From assembly GCA_963823665.1 (NCBI GenBank), contig CAWGMQ010000006.1, positions 384,001 through 448,000 on the forward strand: a stretch of DNA of 64,000 nt, in the 5' to 3' direction. Each line of letters begins with the position of its first letter. Position 1 is the first letter of the stretch. Below, in pieces: positions 38,513 to 50,828 of this stretch. The stretch comes from an uncultured Planctomycetota bacterium (GTDB lineage Bacteria; Planctomycetota; Planctomycetia; Isosphaerales; Isosphaeraceae). A program made the position numbers and the translations under genes. The notes under the pieces were generated by a model. That model was not told where the DNA came from. It saw only the letters and a program-made list of their open reading frames with translations, and did no database searches.

Positions 38513-41500
38513 TCATCGCCCAGTGTCTGCCTTCAGCAGTTCCTTGACCTTGATGACGAGGCTGGCGCCCACCGAATCGTTGCCCGTTTCGTGGAAGCGG
38601 ATCACGCCGTGCGCATCGATAACATACGCTTCAGCAAATGTTTGCTGACACCACCGGTGCGCGAGACGATCGCCTCGCGTGTCGCGGATGATCGGCCAGG
38701 TGATGTTGCATTGCCGGACGATGTCACGAACCGAAGAACCGCCGTCGCCGTCAGTAGGCACGATGCTGAGACAGACCACGGGCTGCCCCTTGAATTGCTT
38801 CAAAAGTTCTGAACACCGCGCGTACATCTCGCGATCCCCGACCGTGGACATTGTCGCGGTCAGAATAACGATCTTGCCGGCGAAGTCGCTGAGCCGGATG
38901 CGCTTTTGCTGGTAGTCGGTCCCTTCGAGAATCGGAGCCGGTCCATCGAGCTTCAGGTTCCTCATCTGGAATCGTTTGATGTCGGCACGCTCGGCCATGG
39001 TCCAGCGCCGGAAGGTATCTTCACGATTTTCATCGACGAGTCGGATGTCTTCGGGGCCTTCCCACGTCCGGTCTGGGGACCGAACGTCCGGGAACTGGGT
39101 GGCAATCTGTTCGTACAGGCGCTCGGCCTCGGTTGTCATCGCCTTCATGTCGCGGTTCCGATAGGCATCGCGAAGCCGTTCGACCTTGGCTTTTTCGGCG
39201 AGCATCCATTTCCTGGTGCGCTCCGACTGCTGCATTGAGAGCATGGCATCGAACTTCTTATCATATGAGGCATGTTTGTAAATCTCATTGAGGTAGACCT
39301 GAGAGAGAAGCACTTCTGCCAGCTCGAAGAGTGCGGTCGCTCGAACGTAATCGTGCGGGCTTTCGGCCGCGATTCTGCGCAGGAGTGATTCCGCCTGGCG
39401 CGGGGTGTCGCCGTGTGGGAACTCGTCAATCAACAAGTCGACGTCTGAGTTTGCGATGTAATGGTCGTGCAAGATGGTGATGAGGCGCTCTCGGGCGGCC
39501 GTTGCAGGGTTCTGGGAATTCATGGCTGCCATGCGCATGATCCAGTGCATGGCTCCGATCGCCGTGCGAGTTCCTCGATGCTTCGCCTCGACGACCAGGC
39601 AGCGCTCGATCAGCGATTCGCTCGGAAAGAGATCGTGCGCGCGGTCCTTTTGCTCCTGGGTCTGCGCGGCGGCGCTGGCTTTCACGTATGCGTCGCGCGC
39701 GAGCTTGATCGCGCGCTCCAGGTTCAGCAAGTCGGGCGAGATGGCCGACGATTCGTCCTTGCGGAGGACCTCATTGCCCGGCCCTTGCTGTCGCGTGTCC
39801 ATCACCAGATCGAGGCCAGTGCGATCGCCATCGAACGGATGGATGCGCAGCATTCCGCGCTGGCTGCGCGAACTCCAGAGCTTCGGATCGGCGGGTTGCA
39901 CCTCCAGTTGTTCCCCGCCGGCGGCGAACTTGACTTCCGTCATCAAGACCAGGTCTTCGAGCGGAATGGGCGCCCGAACCGAATAGCGGCCATCTTGATC
40001 GGACTTGGTCTCACTCAGATTGATGAAGGAGTTGCCTGGCGGCGGAGAAATCAGCAGCCGCACTGTGAGCCCAGCTACCGGGTTTCCCTCTTTCGACCGG
40101 ATTGTTCCGCTGGCGATGGCGGTCGGGGCTTCAATCAAGGTGATTGATTTCTCGCCTGGCTTGTCGAGGTGAAGCGCCACCGGTACGAATGGCGGCGGAT
40201 CGATTGCTCTTCGGAACTCTGCGGAGGCAGGCCGGAAGGCGTCGCCCTTGGGAACCAAGCGAATGAGGAAATCGCCCAGGACCGGTGAGAATCGAAACCG
40301 GCCATCCGGGTCGGTGATCTCGTAGGCGCGGATTTCGATCGCGTGGGATCCAAGACTGAGCTCGGTCCGCAGCGGTTGATCGTCATTACTTCTCAAAGAA
40401 ACGACACAGCCGGCCAGCGGTTTCCCGTCGCGCGAGAGCACCCGGCCGCTCAAGGCGACTCCGCGAGCAAGCTGGATGTCGGCCAGGGTGTCTGCTCCTT
40501 CAGGCACAACCATCCGTGTGATCGCACCCTGGTTGCTCCGCACCATCAAACCGAACTCGTGCGCTGCGGGGACCCTCGCGACGAACCGACCTGCCGAGTC
40601 GGTCTCGACAACCTGGTGCCTAATTCCGGGCGATGGGCTATCTGCGCGTGCCTGGCCGTCGGCAGCGATGATCTCTACGACCGCCTTCGCTACAGGTTTT
40701 CCATTGGGATCGAGTACGCGCGCGCTTTTCTCGACAAGGCGCATCGGGTTCGAGTCACCGAGAGCTCCATTCGTGGCGGCATCGCTCGATCTGGACTGGG
40801 GCTGAGGCGTGGATTGCCGGGGCGTGGACGGGGCGCGCTGCGCGACGGCCGCGACTGGTGTGAGCGCCCCGCGCCGAATACGAACGCACCGATCACGGCT
40901 GCGACCGCGGTGATCTGAGCGCGGCTCGGGCGGTGCCGTGCGTCCACCCTGACTCGATAAAGGCTGACCAGGCGCCCCCGAAGCTTGGATGTTCGCGCCA
41001 TGGCGAGCCCGACGACCGGCAACGATGACTTCTTGAGCCTGCCGGCGAGCTCGATGAGTGCGCTCGCGTAAAGAGGTGTTCCCAATTGACGAGCACACAC
41101 GGCGTCGCAGACCAGCTCGCGCGTCGACGTCGTCAGTCGAGATAGAATCCACTGGAGCGGGTGAAACCAATAGAGCGCCTCGACGGTTCGAAGGAGCATC
41201 TGCCAGATGCAGTCCGAGCGCTCGATGTGCACCAATTCGTGAAGGATGACCGCGGCCCGCTGCTCGGCCGTCGCTGTCTTCTCGAGCTCGCTCGGTATCA
41301 AGATGACCGCACCTTTGAGGATAAGCGTCATCGGCGTCGTGATAAAATCCGACCGCAACAGCCGCACCGGCCTCTGGAGCCCAAGCGCGCTTTGCGCGTC
41401 GACAAGGTCCGCGAGCCATTCGGTCGCGGTGACCGGTGATGACCGGCTGACAAGACGGCTTAACAATGCCAGGCCGGCGGCGATCCGTGCGAGAAGCAGA

Positions 41501-41997
41501 GTCAATCCGCAAAAGTACACCGTGACCACGATGCCCCACGTCGTGAACGCCGGACGGCGATTTCGAGTGGGTTCGGAAAGTTCGATCGACATCCCGCGCG
41601 CCCGCTGACTCGACCCCGTGGCCTTTTCGTCAACCGGCGGCGTAGCCGGAGTTTTTCGATCCGCCGCTGTCACCTGAGTGGCACGACGTTCGCCGGAATC
41701 GGGCATTTCAAGTCTTCGTGTGTTTGTTAACGGCGCGGACGCTTGGCTCTCTGATGATGTGAGTCGGTCCGGAAATTGCCGCGCCGAGAGCCGAACCGGC
41801 AGTATGCCGCAACGGACCGACACTCCGCAGAAAGCCAGGATCGGCAGCGCGAGAAGCCCGAGGAGGACGTAGTCGTGGACGGTCGCTGCAACGACCGGGT
41901 GCTTGCGGCGCAAAATTGCGGTCGCCAGCAACGTCAACGAAAGGAGAATCGTCAGGCGAGTGATGAATTCCAAGCTCGCGATCGCCGACACATTCAT
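38513..41997 (-). CDS. BlaR1-like M56 metallopeptidase with carboxypeptidase-regulatory-like repeats and a C-terminal thioredoxin-like domain; frameshift near 40860
   Basis: ORF 40690..42012: TMs, ILHELVH, YWFHPL, RELVCD. ORF 38513..41539: GRVLSRDGKP..TDPDGRF repeats and APILEGTD..IRLSDFAGKIVIL. Confidence 0.8.
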
Positions 41998-42082
41998 AGC
42001 ACGCTCCAGCAATGATGCGACTCAGGAATCGGGCTGGCCGATTCGCTCGAGAGATTCCGCCAGCGCAAGTACGCCCGCGCGG

Positions 42083-42505
42083 TCATTCGCCGATCACCTT
42101 GACCAGGACGCGCTTGGGCCGCCGGCCGTCGAACTCGCCGTAGAAGACTTGCTCCCAGGGCCCGAAATCGAGCTTTCCCTTGGTGATGGCGATCACGACC
42201 TCGCGGCCCATCACCTGGCGTTTCATGTGGGCGTCGGCGTTGTCTTCACCGGTGCGGTTATGCTTGTACCGCTGCGGCGACGCGTCGAATGGGGCGAGTC
42301 CTTCGAGCCATTTCTTGTAGTCTTCATGCAGCCCCGGCTCGTCGTCGTTGATGAAGACACTGGCGGTGATGTGCATGGCGTTGCACAGCAGGAGGCCTTC
42401 TTGCACGCCGCTCTTCTCGACGATCTGCTCGAGCTGCGGCGTGATATTGCGGAAGGCCATTCGCTCCGGAAGATGGAAGGTCAAATACTCGGTGAGTGAC
42501 TTCAT
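42083..42505 (-). CDS. yjbQ: YjbQ (UPF0047) family protein
   Basis: [48 protein letters not shown]. Confidence 0.92.
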   Translation of the reverse strand: MKSLTEYLTFHLPERMAFRNITPQLEQIVEKSGVQEGLLLCNAMHITASVFINDDEPGLHEDYKKWLEGLAPFDASPQRYKHNRTGEDNADAHMKRQVMGREVVIAITKGKLDFGPWEQVFYGEFDGRRPKRVLVKVIGE

Positions 42506-42607
42506 TCGCTTGGCCTGAACGACCTTGAGAAAGTCCGTAACGATCCGGGTGACCGTGATACACACCAGGATGTCGATCGTCACATTATAAGAAGTTGATC
42601 CGAAAAT

Positions 42608-44597
42608 TCAACGGTCCAGGTCGGCCCACGCCCAGACCGTGTGCCCCTTCGCATCGACACCGCCGACCTTGACCACGAGAGGCCACTCGAGCTCCGATGC
42701 GCCCGGGAGGTGAATCGGCTGTGATGTGAGCTCGCCCGACGCCGCCAAGCTCACCGATCCCAGGGCCTTTTGCAGGTCTGTAGCGTCCAGGCAGCCGCGA
42801 GCACCCACGGCTCCGCGCCGGCTCGGTCCGGGAGAGAGCGGCTCCCATGAGATCTGCGTGAGCTTGACGGGCTCGCCATGCGTCTCCTTGATGCATACTC
42901 GGAGAAAACACTCACCGTCGGCCCCGTGTGTCTTCGAGACCGACAGCTCGAGCCGAGGGCGACCGCCGCCCAGCAAGACGGCGGTGACCTGGATGTGTGC
43001 GTCGGTCGGGCCACTGACCTCGACCTCGACCGCCCCCGATTTCGAGCCGTCCACGATCACATAGTGACACGTTGTTCCCAGCGCATCCCAGCGATCCTCC
43101 GCACCAGCGGCCACGCGAGCCAGTCGTGGGGCGCCTCGCACCCAATCCTCAGGCCGAGACTGGGTCTCCGGACGAGGAAGCTGATCCTTGGACCAAACCT
43201 GGCCTACCTCGCTTTGCGCGAGGGAATGACCAACGAGATCCAGCGTCCATCCCCTGTAAAGTTCCGCAAACGCCGCGTTCGTGCAAGCCTCCAGGTTGGC
43301 TGTGCCGCACGTCCGGGAGGCGACGAGATCCGGCAGCAGCGAAGGTCCGTAACGACCGGCACACCACTTGAGGAACAGGTACGTGCTTCCACGATTACCG
43401 TGGCTTCGGAACAAGTCGGCGGCGTAATAGTCATTGACGACGAGCTGATACCGTTCGGGACGGGCCAGGAATGCTCGGACACGGTAGTCGATATTTGACG
43501 TCGAAAACCCACAGGAATCCTCCGCGAGATGGGCGATCGCCTCGTCGAGCCAACCCTCCTCTTCCTGAACGGGGCCCGCGGCCTCTTTGCCGCCCCGGCC
43601 CTTCTGACCGAACAGAACCGCGTGCATGTACTCGTGTGCCAGCACCGTGCGGAGATACGGCCCAGACTCAAGGGAGGCGCTCAAGTACATCACATCGCTT
43701 TGATTGCCCAGCGGAGGGTGAATACTACGGTCGAGATCGGCCACTCGGATGAAGCCGTCGACGGCATAACGACCTCCTCCCAGATGCTCAAGCCAGCTCG
43801 AGACAAGGACGGTGAAGCGTCCGTCGCCGTCGACGTCGGGTGCGGGTCCGAAGCGACTTGATATTACGGGAAAGATCCGATCGTCGAACGCGCTGACGAT
43901 GTCGCCGACCGCGACGGCTGTTACCGCGTCCTTGTCTTCCCTCGCGACGTACACCTGGATGCGCCGGCCCACCCCCCGCAGCACGGCGGGAACCGTGACG
44001 TAGTTGCTGGAGCTATACACGTCGCCGTCACGCACAAGCATGTGGAAGACACGTTCTCTGGGCGGATCCGTGCGCGGGATGGTGGGACGCCAGGTCTCGG
44101 AGCAACGAGTGACCATGAGCCCGGTCCGGGCGCAAGCACTCGGGGCCGGGAGCCTCGCGCGGTTGAGCGTCTGGGTCGGTGGCCCGCGCGCATGTTGGAA
44201 GCCCTTCGACGGCGAGCTGAGGAACCGACGCGGTGCTCGCTGGTCTGGCGGCGAGCCGCACCGAGAACGGCCCACTCGCGCGAGAGAGTGAGGAGACGAT
44301 GACGAGCAATTCCGAACCCGGCGATGGCGCCGGCGCCTGAAAGCTCGCACGCCCCTGGCTTACTGCGATCGGCACCGGCTTGCCGACCCGCCAGAACGTC
44401 TGGTCTGGCGCTGCGGGTTTCGGCGGCTCGCTCGTATGGGCCCATCCGACCGTGAGGATCAAGCCGATCACACCGGCTCCGGCCCACGGCCACGCTCGAC
44501 GCGCCCCATTTGCAAATGCGAGAACCAGCGGGAGATCGATCGGCGATCGGTGCACGGATCTCCCCGCAAGCGCGGCCATCGTTACCCGGAGAATCAC
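42608..44597 (-). CDS. Secreted zinc metallopeptidase-like protein (M30/hyicolysin-like); frameshifted around 44100-44200
   Basis: Signal-like segment in ORF 44028..44597; DVDGDGRFTVL, LAHEYMH and WLDEAIAHLAE in ORF 42608..44350. Confidence 0.7.
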
Positions 44598-44848
44598 GAC
44601 AGCCTTTCGATCGGCCTGTCCGGTCGATCGTCTTGAATCGATTGAGGGGACGTTGAGCCCGCCGCGGCATAAGGGACCCAGACTCCCGAAATTTCGGCCG
44701 GATTCGTGAATTCAAGCTCAAGTGCGCGACGGCCAACGCCGGCGAGGCAAGGCTCCAGCAGGGCGATGCCTCAGCCCCAAGGTTTGAGAGGGGTGACCCC
44801 CCGTGAGCGCGGGGTGAACCCCCGGCGAAGGCGGGGTGAGAATCTGGA

Positions 44849-45351
44849 TTACTTGGCCTCATCGCCGACAACCAGATCGATGGCAGAGAAATGCTCGTGG
44901 TCGCTCTGGGTGTTCCGCGTTTCGACACGGATCAAGTAGACGCCGGGAGTATCGATCTTCAGCATCGTGCCGCTGGCCGGCTTTGCTACCGGGCTTGAAA
45001 TCCATCTCGAACGCCGATTCGGTGACGACGTCTCCCTTCAGGTCGGGAAGCTCTTTCTGGCCGACCTTCTCTTGCCGCGCGACGTAGAAATGGACCACCA
45101 CGTTTTCCAGTGTCTTGTGAGGATAGACGTTGGTCAACAAGTAGTTGATCCGGATCGGCTCGTTCACTTTCGCGCTTGACGACAGGTCTCGGGTTCTTGC
45201 CCGAATCCGGCGGCGTTTGATCGACATGAGCCGACGCGGTTTCGCGCCCGGCCGTGACGTCGAGATTGATCTTCGCATGTTCAGCGCGGGCGCTCTGTGC
45301 CAATGCCAAAAATGCCACGAATACCAGCAACAACACGATCGACCGCGGCAT
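44849..45351 (-). CDS. Secreted hypothetical protein; two frameshifts (~45180, ~44975)
   Basis: Signal MPRSIVLLLVFVAFLALAQSARA. The pieces join to ...TPGVYLIRVETRNTQSDHEHFSAIDLVVGDEAK, with the stop at 44849. Confidence 0.65.
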
Positions 45352-45636
45352 GGACGTACTCCATCTGTGAAAGAGGATTCGATTCGTCGTTCTTCAGTAA
45401 ATCATCGCATTCTGTCTCATTCCGTTAAAACCATCGTAATCAAGTCGGAATGAGCGATCTATGGAACGGGTTTCACCGATAGTAATCGAGTGCACAACCA
45501 CCGCACTCGCGACATCGCCGATGATCATCGAGGGGCGACTGTGCATGGTTGCTCGCAAGCTCGTAAGCGGTCGTGTGAGCAGGCTTAGCTCGTTTGATGG
45601 TGTGGTTGGTCGGAAGATCATGAGGATTGTGATTTC

Positions 45637-45916
45637 ATGACCGCGAAACGGGCCATCGGGCGTGTGGGTGGTTTAGTGACGATCCTCGGCCTGGCACTTG
45701 CGCTGCCTGCGTTGCGCGTTCCCGCCGTGGCTGAACAATCGCGGACCGAACGCGGTTTACGACGTGCAGCGGCCGACGTATGAGCCGGATACCGGCAAGC
45801 CGTTCTTTGTCGGTGGTTATGCCGGAGCAGATTACGGCCCGCTGTTCCCGCGGCGCCGGATGCAGCTCGAAGCAGCAAGGGCAACCCGTGACGACCGGAC
45901 CGAGCGTCTCTGTTGA
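45637..45916 (+). CDS. Small hypothetical (lipo)protein; frameshift near 45710
   Basis: MTAKRAIGRVGGLVTILGLALALPA joins CAFPPWLNN...KPFFVGGYAGADYGP. Confidence 0.5.
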
Positions 45917-46056
45917 ACCGGGTGCGTGGGCACCAGAGTGAGCATCCGATCGCTTTCCGCGAGATCTCCGGTCGCATCGCCTGAGCGAACGAACTAGAAT
46001 CGCGGAAAGTGCCGTCCCATCATCTTGAGAGCGCAACATGCAGACGGGGCAGGCCG

Positions 46057-47124
46057 ATGGCTGCGAGCGACATTCGTATTGGAATTGTCGGGGCGGGGCA
46101 GATCACTCGCTCGCGACATTTTCCGGGCTTCAAGGCGATTTCCGGCGTGCGGGTCGTGGCGGTGTGCAATCGCCATCGTGAGTCGGCGATGCGCATTGCG
46201 AGCGAATTCGATATTCCAAAGGTCCACGGAAGCTGGGAAGAACTGGTAGCCGACCCGAATGTCGACGCGGTGGTCATCGGGGCCTGGCCCTACTTGCATT
46301 GCCCCGTCACGCTTGCGGCATTTGATGCGGGGAAGCATGTGCTGACTCAGGCTCGAATGGCGATGAACGCGCGTGAGGCGCAGCGGATGCTGGATCGGTC
46401 GCTCGAGTTACCGCGGCTGACGGCGATGATCGTGCCCAGCCCTTATGGTCTGGCGGGTGACGCGTTCATGCGTTCGCTGATCGCGTCGGGGTATCTAGGC
46501 AAGCTGCGAGAGGTGCACGTGCATTCCTTGAGCGACGTTCTCGCCGATGCGGAGACGCCGATGGGTTGGCGACAGATCACGAAGTATTCGGGATTTAACA
46601 TGTTGACGTTGGGCATCGTCTATGAGACGGTGCTGCGCTGGGTCGCGCCGGCGACGCGAGTGCTGGCGTATGCTTCGAAGGTCGTGCGCGATCGGTTTGA
46701 TCCCGAGCAGGGCAAGCGGACGAAGGTCGGCACGCCCGATAGTGTGCAGGTAGTGACGACGCAGTCGGATGGTTCGTGCGGGGTGTATCGATTCAGTGGG
46801 GTGGTCTGGAATGATACATCGATGGGAGTCGCGCTCTATGGTGACGAAGGGACATTGATTTACGACTTGTTGCGAGATGAGATTCGGGGTGGGAAGCGCG
46901 GCGCCGGGAGTTTGGAGCCGATTCCGATTCCGGATTCGAAACGGGCCTCGTGGCGCGTCGAGTCGGATTTCATCGCGGCGATTCGTGGTGAGCGGCCGGT
47001 GACGCGGACGGATTTCACGACGGGCGTGCGTTACATGCAGTTCACGGAGGCGGTGGCGCGCAGCTCGCGGCACCAGGTGCCGGTGACGTTGCCGCTCAGG
47101 GAGTTTTCGAACCCGAGCCTGTAA
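46057..47124 (+). CDS. Gfo/Idh/MocA family oxidoreductase
   Basis: IRIGIVGAG, VVAVCNR, VDAVVIGAWPYLH, AGKHVLTQARMA. Confidence 0.88.
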   Translation: MAASDIRIGIVGAGQITRSRHFPGFKAISGVRVVAVCNRHRESAMRIASEFDIPKVHGSWEELVADPNVDAVVIGAWPYLHCPVTLAAFDAGKHVLTQARMAMNAREAQRMLDRSLELPRLTAMIVPSPYGLAGDAFMRSLIASGYLGKLREVHVHSLSDVLADAETPMGWRQITKYSGFNMLTLGIVYETVLRWVAPATRVLAYASKVVRDRFDPEQGKRTKVGTPDSVQVVTTQSDGSCGVYRFSGVVWNDTSMGVALYGDEGTLIYDLLRDEIRGGKRGAGSLEPIPIPDSKRASWRVESDFIAAIRGERPVTRTDFTTGVRYMQFTEAVARSSRHQVPVTLPLREFSNPSL

Positions 47125-47271
47125 TGGTGGGTCCAGCAGGTGTGGTGGTTTTCGTTGGGCTCCTCGAGACCAACTACTTGCCCCGCTTGCCCGCCTCGGC
47201 TCATCTTGAAAGGCCGATAAGATTTCCGTAGGATGCGGAAGATGCGTGATAGCCTGGTTTCGCGCCGTTTT

Positions 47272-47342
47272 TGGGGATTGGTGTAACGGTAGCACGACTG
47301 ACTCTGGATCAGTTAGTCTAGGTTCGAATCCTAGATCCCCAG
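47272..47342 (+). tRNA. tRNA-Gln (anticodon CTG), CCA not encoded
   Basis: Cloverleaf: TGGGGAT/ATCCCCA acceptor, GTGT/GCAC D arm, ACTGA-CTCTGGA-TCAGT anticodon arm, CTAGG-TTCGAAT-CCTAG T arm. Confidence 0.97.
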
Positions 47343-47995
47343 CTAAGTGCTTATCATATAAGGACTTAAGGCGTTTTTCGGGCTGGGTGCCAAGATCCTA
47401 GATCGCCGCAGATCAGTAGCGACCGGCCAGAACAAAACGGTCAGTTCAAAGTCGCCCGTTGAAGCGCTAGAGAAGGAGTTCCGTCGGAGCCTCGGTGGAC
47501 TCCTCGAGCGCTCGCCGAACCGCCTCTATCACGCTAAGCATGATCGATCGGTCTTGTGCTTGCGCATTTAAAAGGGAAACACTCGCCACCGTTGATCGAG
47601 CGCCAGCGGGTTCTCAATCGACGCGGTTCTCAGATCTTCACACGACGCCTAGTTAAGGTGAAATTCAATCGCGGCGGATGCGCGCGTTGGCTGACTCAAG
47701 CGCGGCATGATCAGGAGTCTTCGAAACGTCATCTGTCGGAATGTGGTTGCTCGCACGCCACGAAACTTGAATCGACATTGTTCCAGGAGGAACAGTAGAG
47801 AACTGCCCTGCCCTTATGATCTCGCGTTCTCGTGCGCACTAGCGCCTTGGTCATGTTTGCCGTTCGGGCTCTGCGTTGAGTCCACGATCTCCAACAATGG
47901 CGTACCGAACGGAATCAAATGCCATGGTCATTTGCATTTTATGGGGAAGACCAATCGTCTATTATAAAGGTTCGCTGAGTTAGGAGTTTCGACGA

Positions 47996-48823
47996 ATGCC
48001 GCGAAAAAAGCACCCAGATCCGAGACTGCTCAATAACTTTCGTGAGGAGTTGGATCGCTTGCGGTGCAAACTTGACATGCGTCCGGTCTTAGCGAGGCGA
48101 ATTGGACTGCGAGATATAGAATTGCTGTCGCCATTCATGGTGATGCTGGCGATCGCGAAGGCAGAGCATCCGACCGCATTCGACGTCTCGAACAACGGCA
48201 CCGGGGCCTTGGTGGATACGGGGCGAATAAAACTATTGGTCACCAATCATCACGTTCATGATGCGTTCAACCGGCATCGAAAAGAAGCGCCATGTGCAAA
48301 ACTTGTGATGACCGGGATTGACGGCACGCACTGCATAGATGTCTCCGATGACGAGATCATCGATTCCGACCGTGATTTTGACCTCGCGACGATCGCAATT
48401 TCGCCCGAAAAAGTGGGTTTGCTCGGAAAGAGTTTCTTTCGTGTTCCGTTCTGGCCGCCGGACCGACCCGGACTAGGAACGCGCGTAGTCGTCGTCGGAT
48501 ATCCAGGCCAGAGTCGTGGGCCATCTGCAGCGGACACGCTCGGCGTTAGTCCACTCAGCATCGGCCGCAGAGTTTCGTCAATTAGTGAAAAACAATTTGT
48601 GATGGCTGACGAAACCCAGGACGCCTACAGTCATGTGCCAGAGGGGCAGAAGCCGTTAACCAGCTATGGCGGAATCAGCGGCAGCCCGGTATATACCGTT
48701 CACGGGCAACTCGGCACGACCTTTGACTATCGGCTGTGCGGATTTGTGCGCGAAGAAGGATTTGGCCACACTCTAATCGTGGCGCATGCTGACCACATCA
48801 AAGCTGACGGAACACTTCGCTAA
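47996..48823 (+). CDS. Cytoplasmic trypsin-like serine protease
   Basis: GTGALV, LLVTNHHV (His), DFDLA (Asp), VVGYP, GGISGSPV (Ser); no signal peptide. Confidence 0.8.
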   Translation: MPRKKHPDPRLLNNFREELDRLRCKLDMRPVLARRIGLRDIELLSPFMVMLAIAKAEHPTAFDVSNNGTGALVDTGRIKLLVTNHHVHDAFNRHRKEAPCAKLVMTGIDGTHCIDVSDDEIIDSDRDFDLATIAISPEKVGLLGKSFFRVPFWPPDRPGLGTRVVVVGYPGQSRGPSAADTLGVSPLSIGRRVSSISEKQFVMADETQDAYSHVPEGQKPLTSYGGISGSPVYTVHGQLGTTFDYRLCGFVREEGFGHTLIVAHADHIKADGTLR

Positions 48824-48913
48824 ATTGTGAAGCCTTACACGTAGATAGATAACAGCGGGGATATCGCTGGCTCTCGAGTAGCAAAGGCGTACGTGATACG
48901 GGACCCGACCAAC

Positions 48914-49786
48914 TTAACTGACAGGAAAATGAGTTTTCATACGTGTTGTCCTCGTGAGCAGTTCTTGAGCGCGGTGGCGCAATCCCAATCGCAATCGCTT
49001 GTCGATAGTCAGAATGATCTTAAGGACAAGCTGACTCGCCAAGCACAGCGGATTGGCGATGCCGCGCGGATCAGCGGATGCCAGGAAGTGCCATTCGTCA
49101 TGGTCCCCGTCGCGAACATAGGACATGGCGTCGCTGGAATGAACTCCCGCAGAGTTGAGCCGATAGATTGCAGCGTAGAGTCGGGTGTGACCCAGGCTGT
49201 CAGCCAGGTCGCTGACTGACACGCCCGCATAGCCGTAGCGTTTGACGCGCTTGGCCCAGTCCGTCCCTATCTCAGCTTCCCAAGTCATCGCGTTACTTAC
49301 GGCCTGGTTTCGAGTCTCGACTGATAACTGCCTCTTCAACCCTGGCGTCGCCATCAGCCCCAGCACGAATTTACGGGCATTGAACGCGTCGTTAGCCATG
49401 TACAAGGCCGCACGAAATCTGGTCGTCAGAGCTTTGCCTTTGATCGGCGGGAGCAGCTTCCCGTTTTGTTTGAGGGGGACTTTCCGCCGAAGGATGAATT
49501 CCACCGCGAGCATCGTTTCCAGCAGGATGCGCAGGTTGTTGCCGACCACTTCGCCCAGTCCGAGCTCCACGAGTTCGCCGATGGCCCGGTATTGCTTGCA
49601 TGCCTTGGCAACCAGGCCAAGGGCAATGACCACGACAAGTTCGTCCAAGCCGGGGACCGTTTCGATCGTTCCCGGCCGATCAAAGATGCCGGTGCCGAGA
49701 TCGAGGATATCAGAGGCGAGGTCAAGCTCAGGCTTAAGCCGTTGCCGAATAATCGGCTTTACCTCATCTTCATCCGGGAGCCGCAT
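48914..49786 (-). CDS. DUF5677-like helical protein (HEPN-related)
   Basis: LRILLETMLAVEFI, LADSLG, YAAIYRLNSAGVHS; the pattern matches DUF5677 as recalled, not searched. Confidence 0.6.
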   Translation of the reverse strand: MRLPDEDEVKPIIRQRLKPELDLASDILDLGTGIFDRPGTIETVPGLDELVVVIALGLVAKACKQYRAIGELVELGLGEVVGNNLRILLETMLAVEFILRRKVPLKQNGKLLPPIKGKALTTRFRAALYMANDAFNARKFVLGLMATPGLKRQLSVETRNQAVSNAMTWEAEIGTDWAKRVKRYGYAGVSVSDLADSLGHTRLYAAIYRLNSAGVHSSDAMSYVRDGDHDEWHFLASADPRGIANPLCLASQLVLKIILTIDKRLRLGLRHRAQELLTRTTRMKTHFPVS

Positions 49787-49873
49787 TGCTTTGGACCGCT
49801 CCTTCCGATGACTTCGAGCGAAATCAGCCTACCACACACGGCAGGCGCTTCGGATGGGGTTAGCGAACTCGCG

Positions 49874-50548
49874 CTATGCCCGGTGATTCCACACGACTTC
49901 GGGCTTCGATAGCCGCTTCTCCGCTCGCTGCATTTGGGATACATCTGCGGCAAGACGCCGCAGAAGTTGAAACACACCCCAATAAAGCGATTCTACGCAC
50001 AAGGACCAGTCCTTGTCGGAGCCGACGAGCGGAAGTGGAAGATACTGCGGTCTATTTGCGGACCTTACGATGTCGTCAAGCTCGTCTTGTGTCCAGCCTT
50101 CACGTGTTACAGCCATGGCGCAGGGTCTGCCCTTGCGGATTGCGATCCTGTGATCGGGATAGTCGGCTGCCAAGGCATGGTTTATGGAATTTCGCACGAG
50201 GTCGTAGATGACTTTCGACTTTTTCTTCCGATTTTCGCCTTTCTCCCAAGGAAAGAAGCGTTCGAGCAAGCGCTTGAAGAGATAACCAGTTTCAACTCGA
50301 TTCGGGCCGTTTTTCCGCCGCCGGTGCTTAGGGACGCGCGGCGGCTTGTAAAGAGAAACGGAGAGCCCGCTGATGAGATTGCAGAGCGTCGACGCTGCCG
50401 CGAAATTGCAACCGTGAGCGAAACCGTTGTCCGAGACCACGATTAGCATCATGCTGCGTGCGTCACCGAACTGCATCGAAAGATGATCTTTCACAAATGC
50501 GTACACAGCCGGGTAGTTTTTGAATTCGGGAATATCTTCTGGCATCAT
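49874..50548 (-). CDS. Hypothetical protein with HEPN-like RxxxxH motif
   Basis: Helical NFAAASTLCNLISGLS, FKRLLERFFP and IYDLVRNSINHAL. Confidence 0.6.
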   Translation of the reverse strand: MMPEDIPEFKNYPAVYAFVKDHLSMQFGDARSMMLIVVSDNGFAHGCNFAAASTLCNLISGLSVSLYKPPRVPKHRRRKNGPNRVETGYLFKRLLERFFPWEKGENRKKKSKVIYDLVRNSINHALAADYPDHRIAIRKGRPCAMAVTREGWTQDELDDIVRSANRPQYLPLPLVGSDKDWSLCVESLYWGVFQLLRRLAADVSQMQRAEKRLSKPEVVWNHRA

Positions 50549-50828
50549 GATCGGTCTCTAGCATGCGGTCGGCAAAGGGCTACTTGCTAACAGGCCCGCG
50601 CCGCCTCTGATCGCATCGGGTAAATCGCAGAGAACAGAGGGATGAGATGTCGTTGACGCGCTGCCTGTGCTCCGGATAGGCAAAAAGCAGACAGCTCTCG
50701 CACCACGCCAACATTTGGCTCGCATAAGCGGCATACTCCGCGGTTTTGCAACTCTCGTGGACGAATTTCCAAGTGCGATGGTCACCGAGTTTGCGATTTC
50801 CGCCACGAGCGTGCGACGCGGAAATCGC

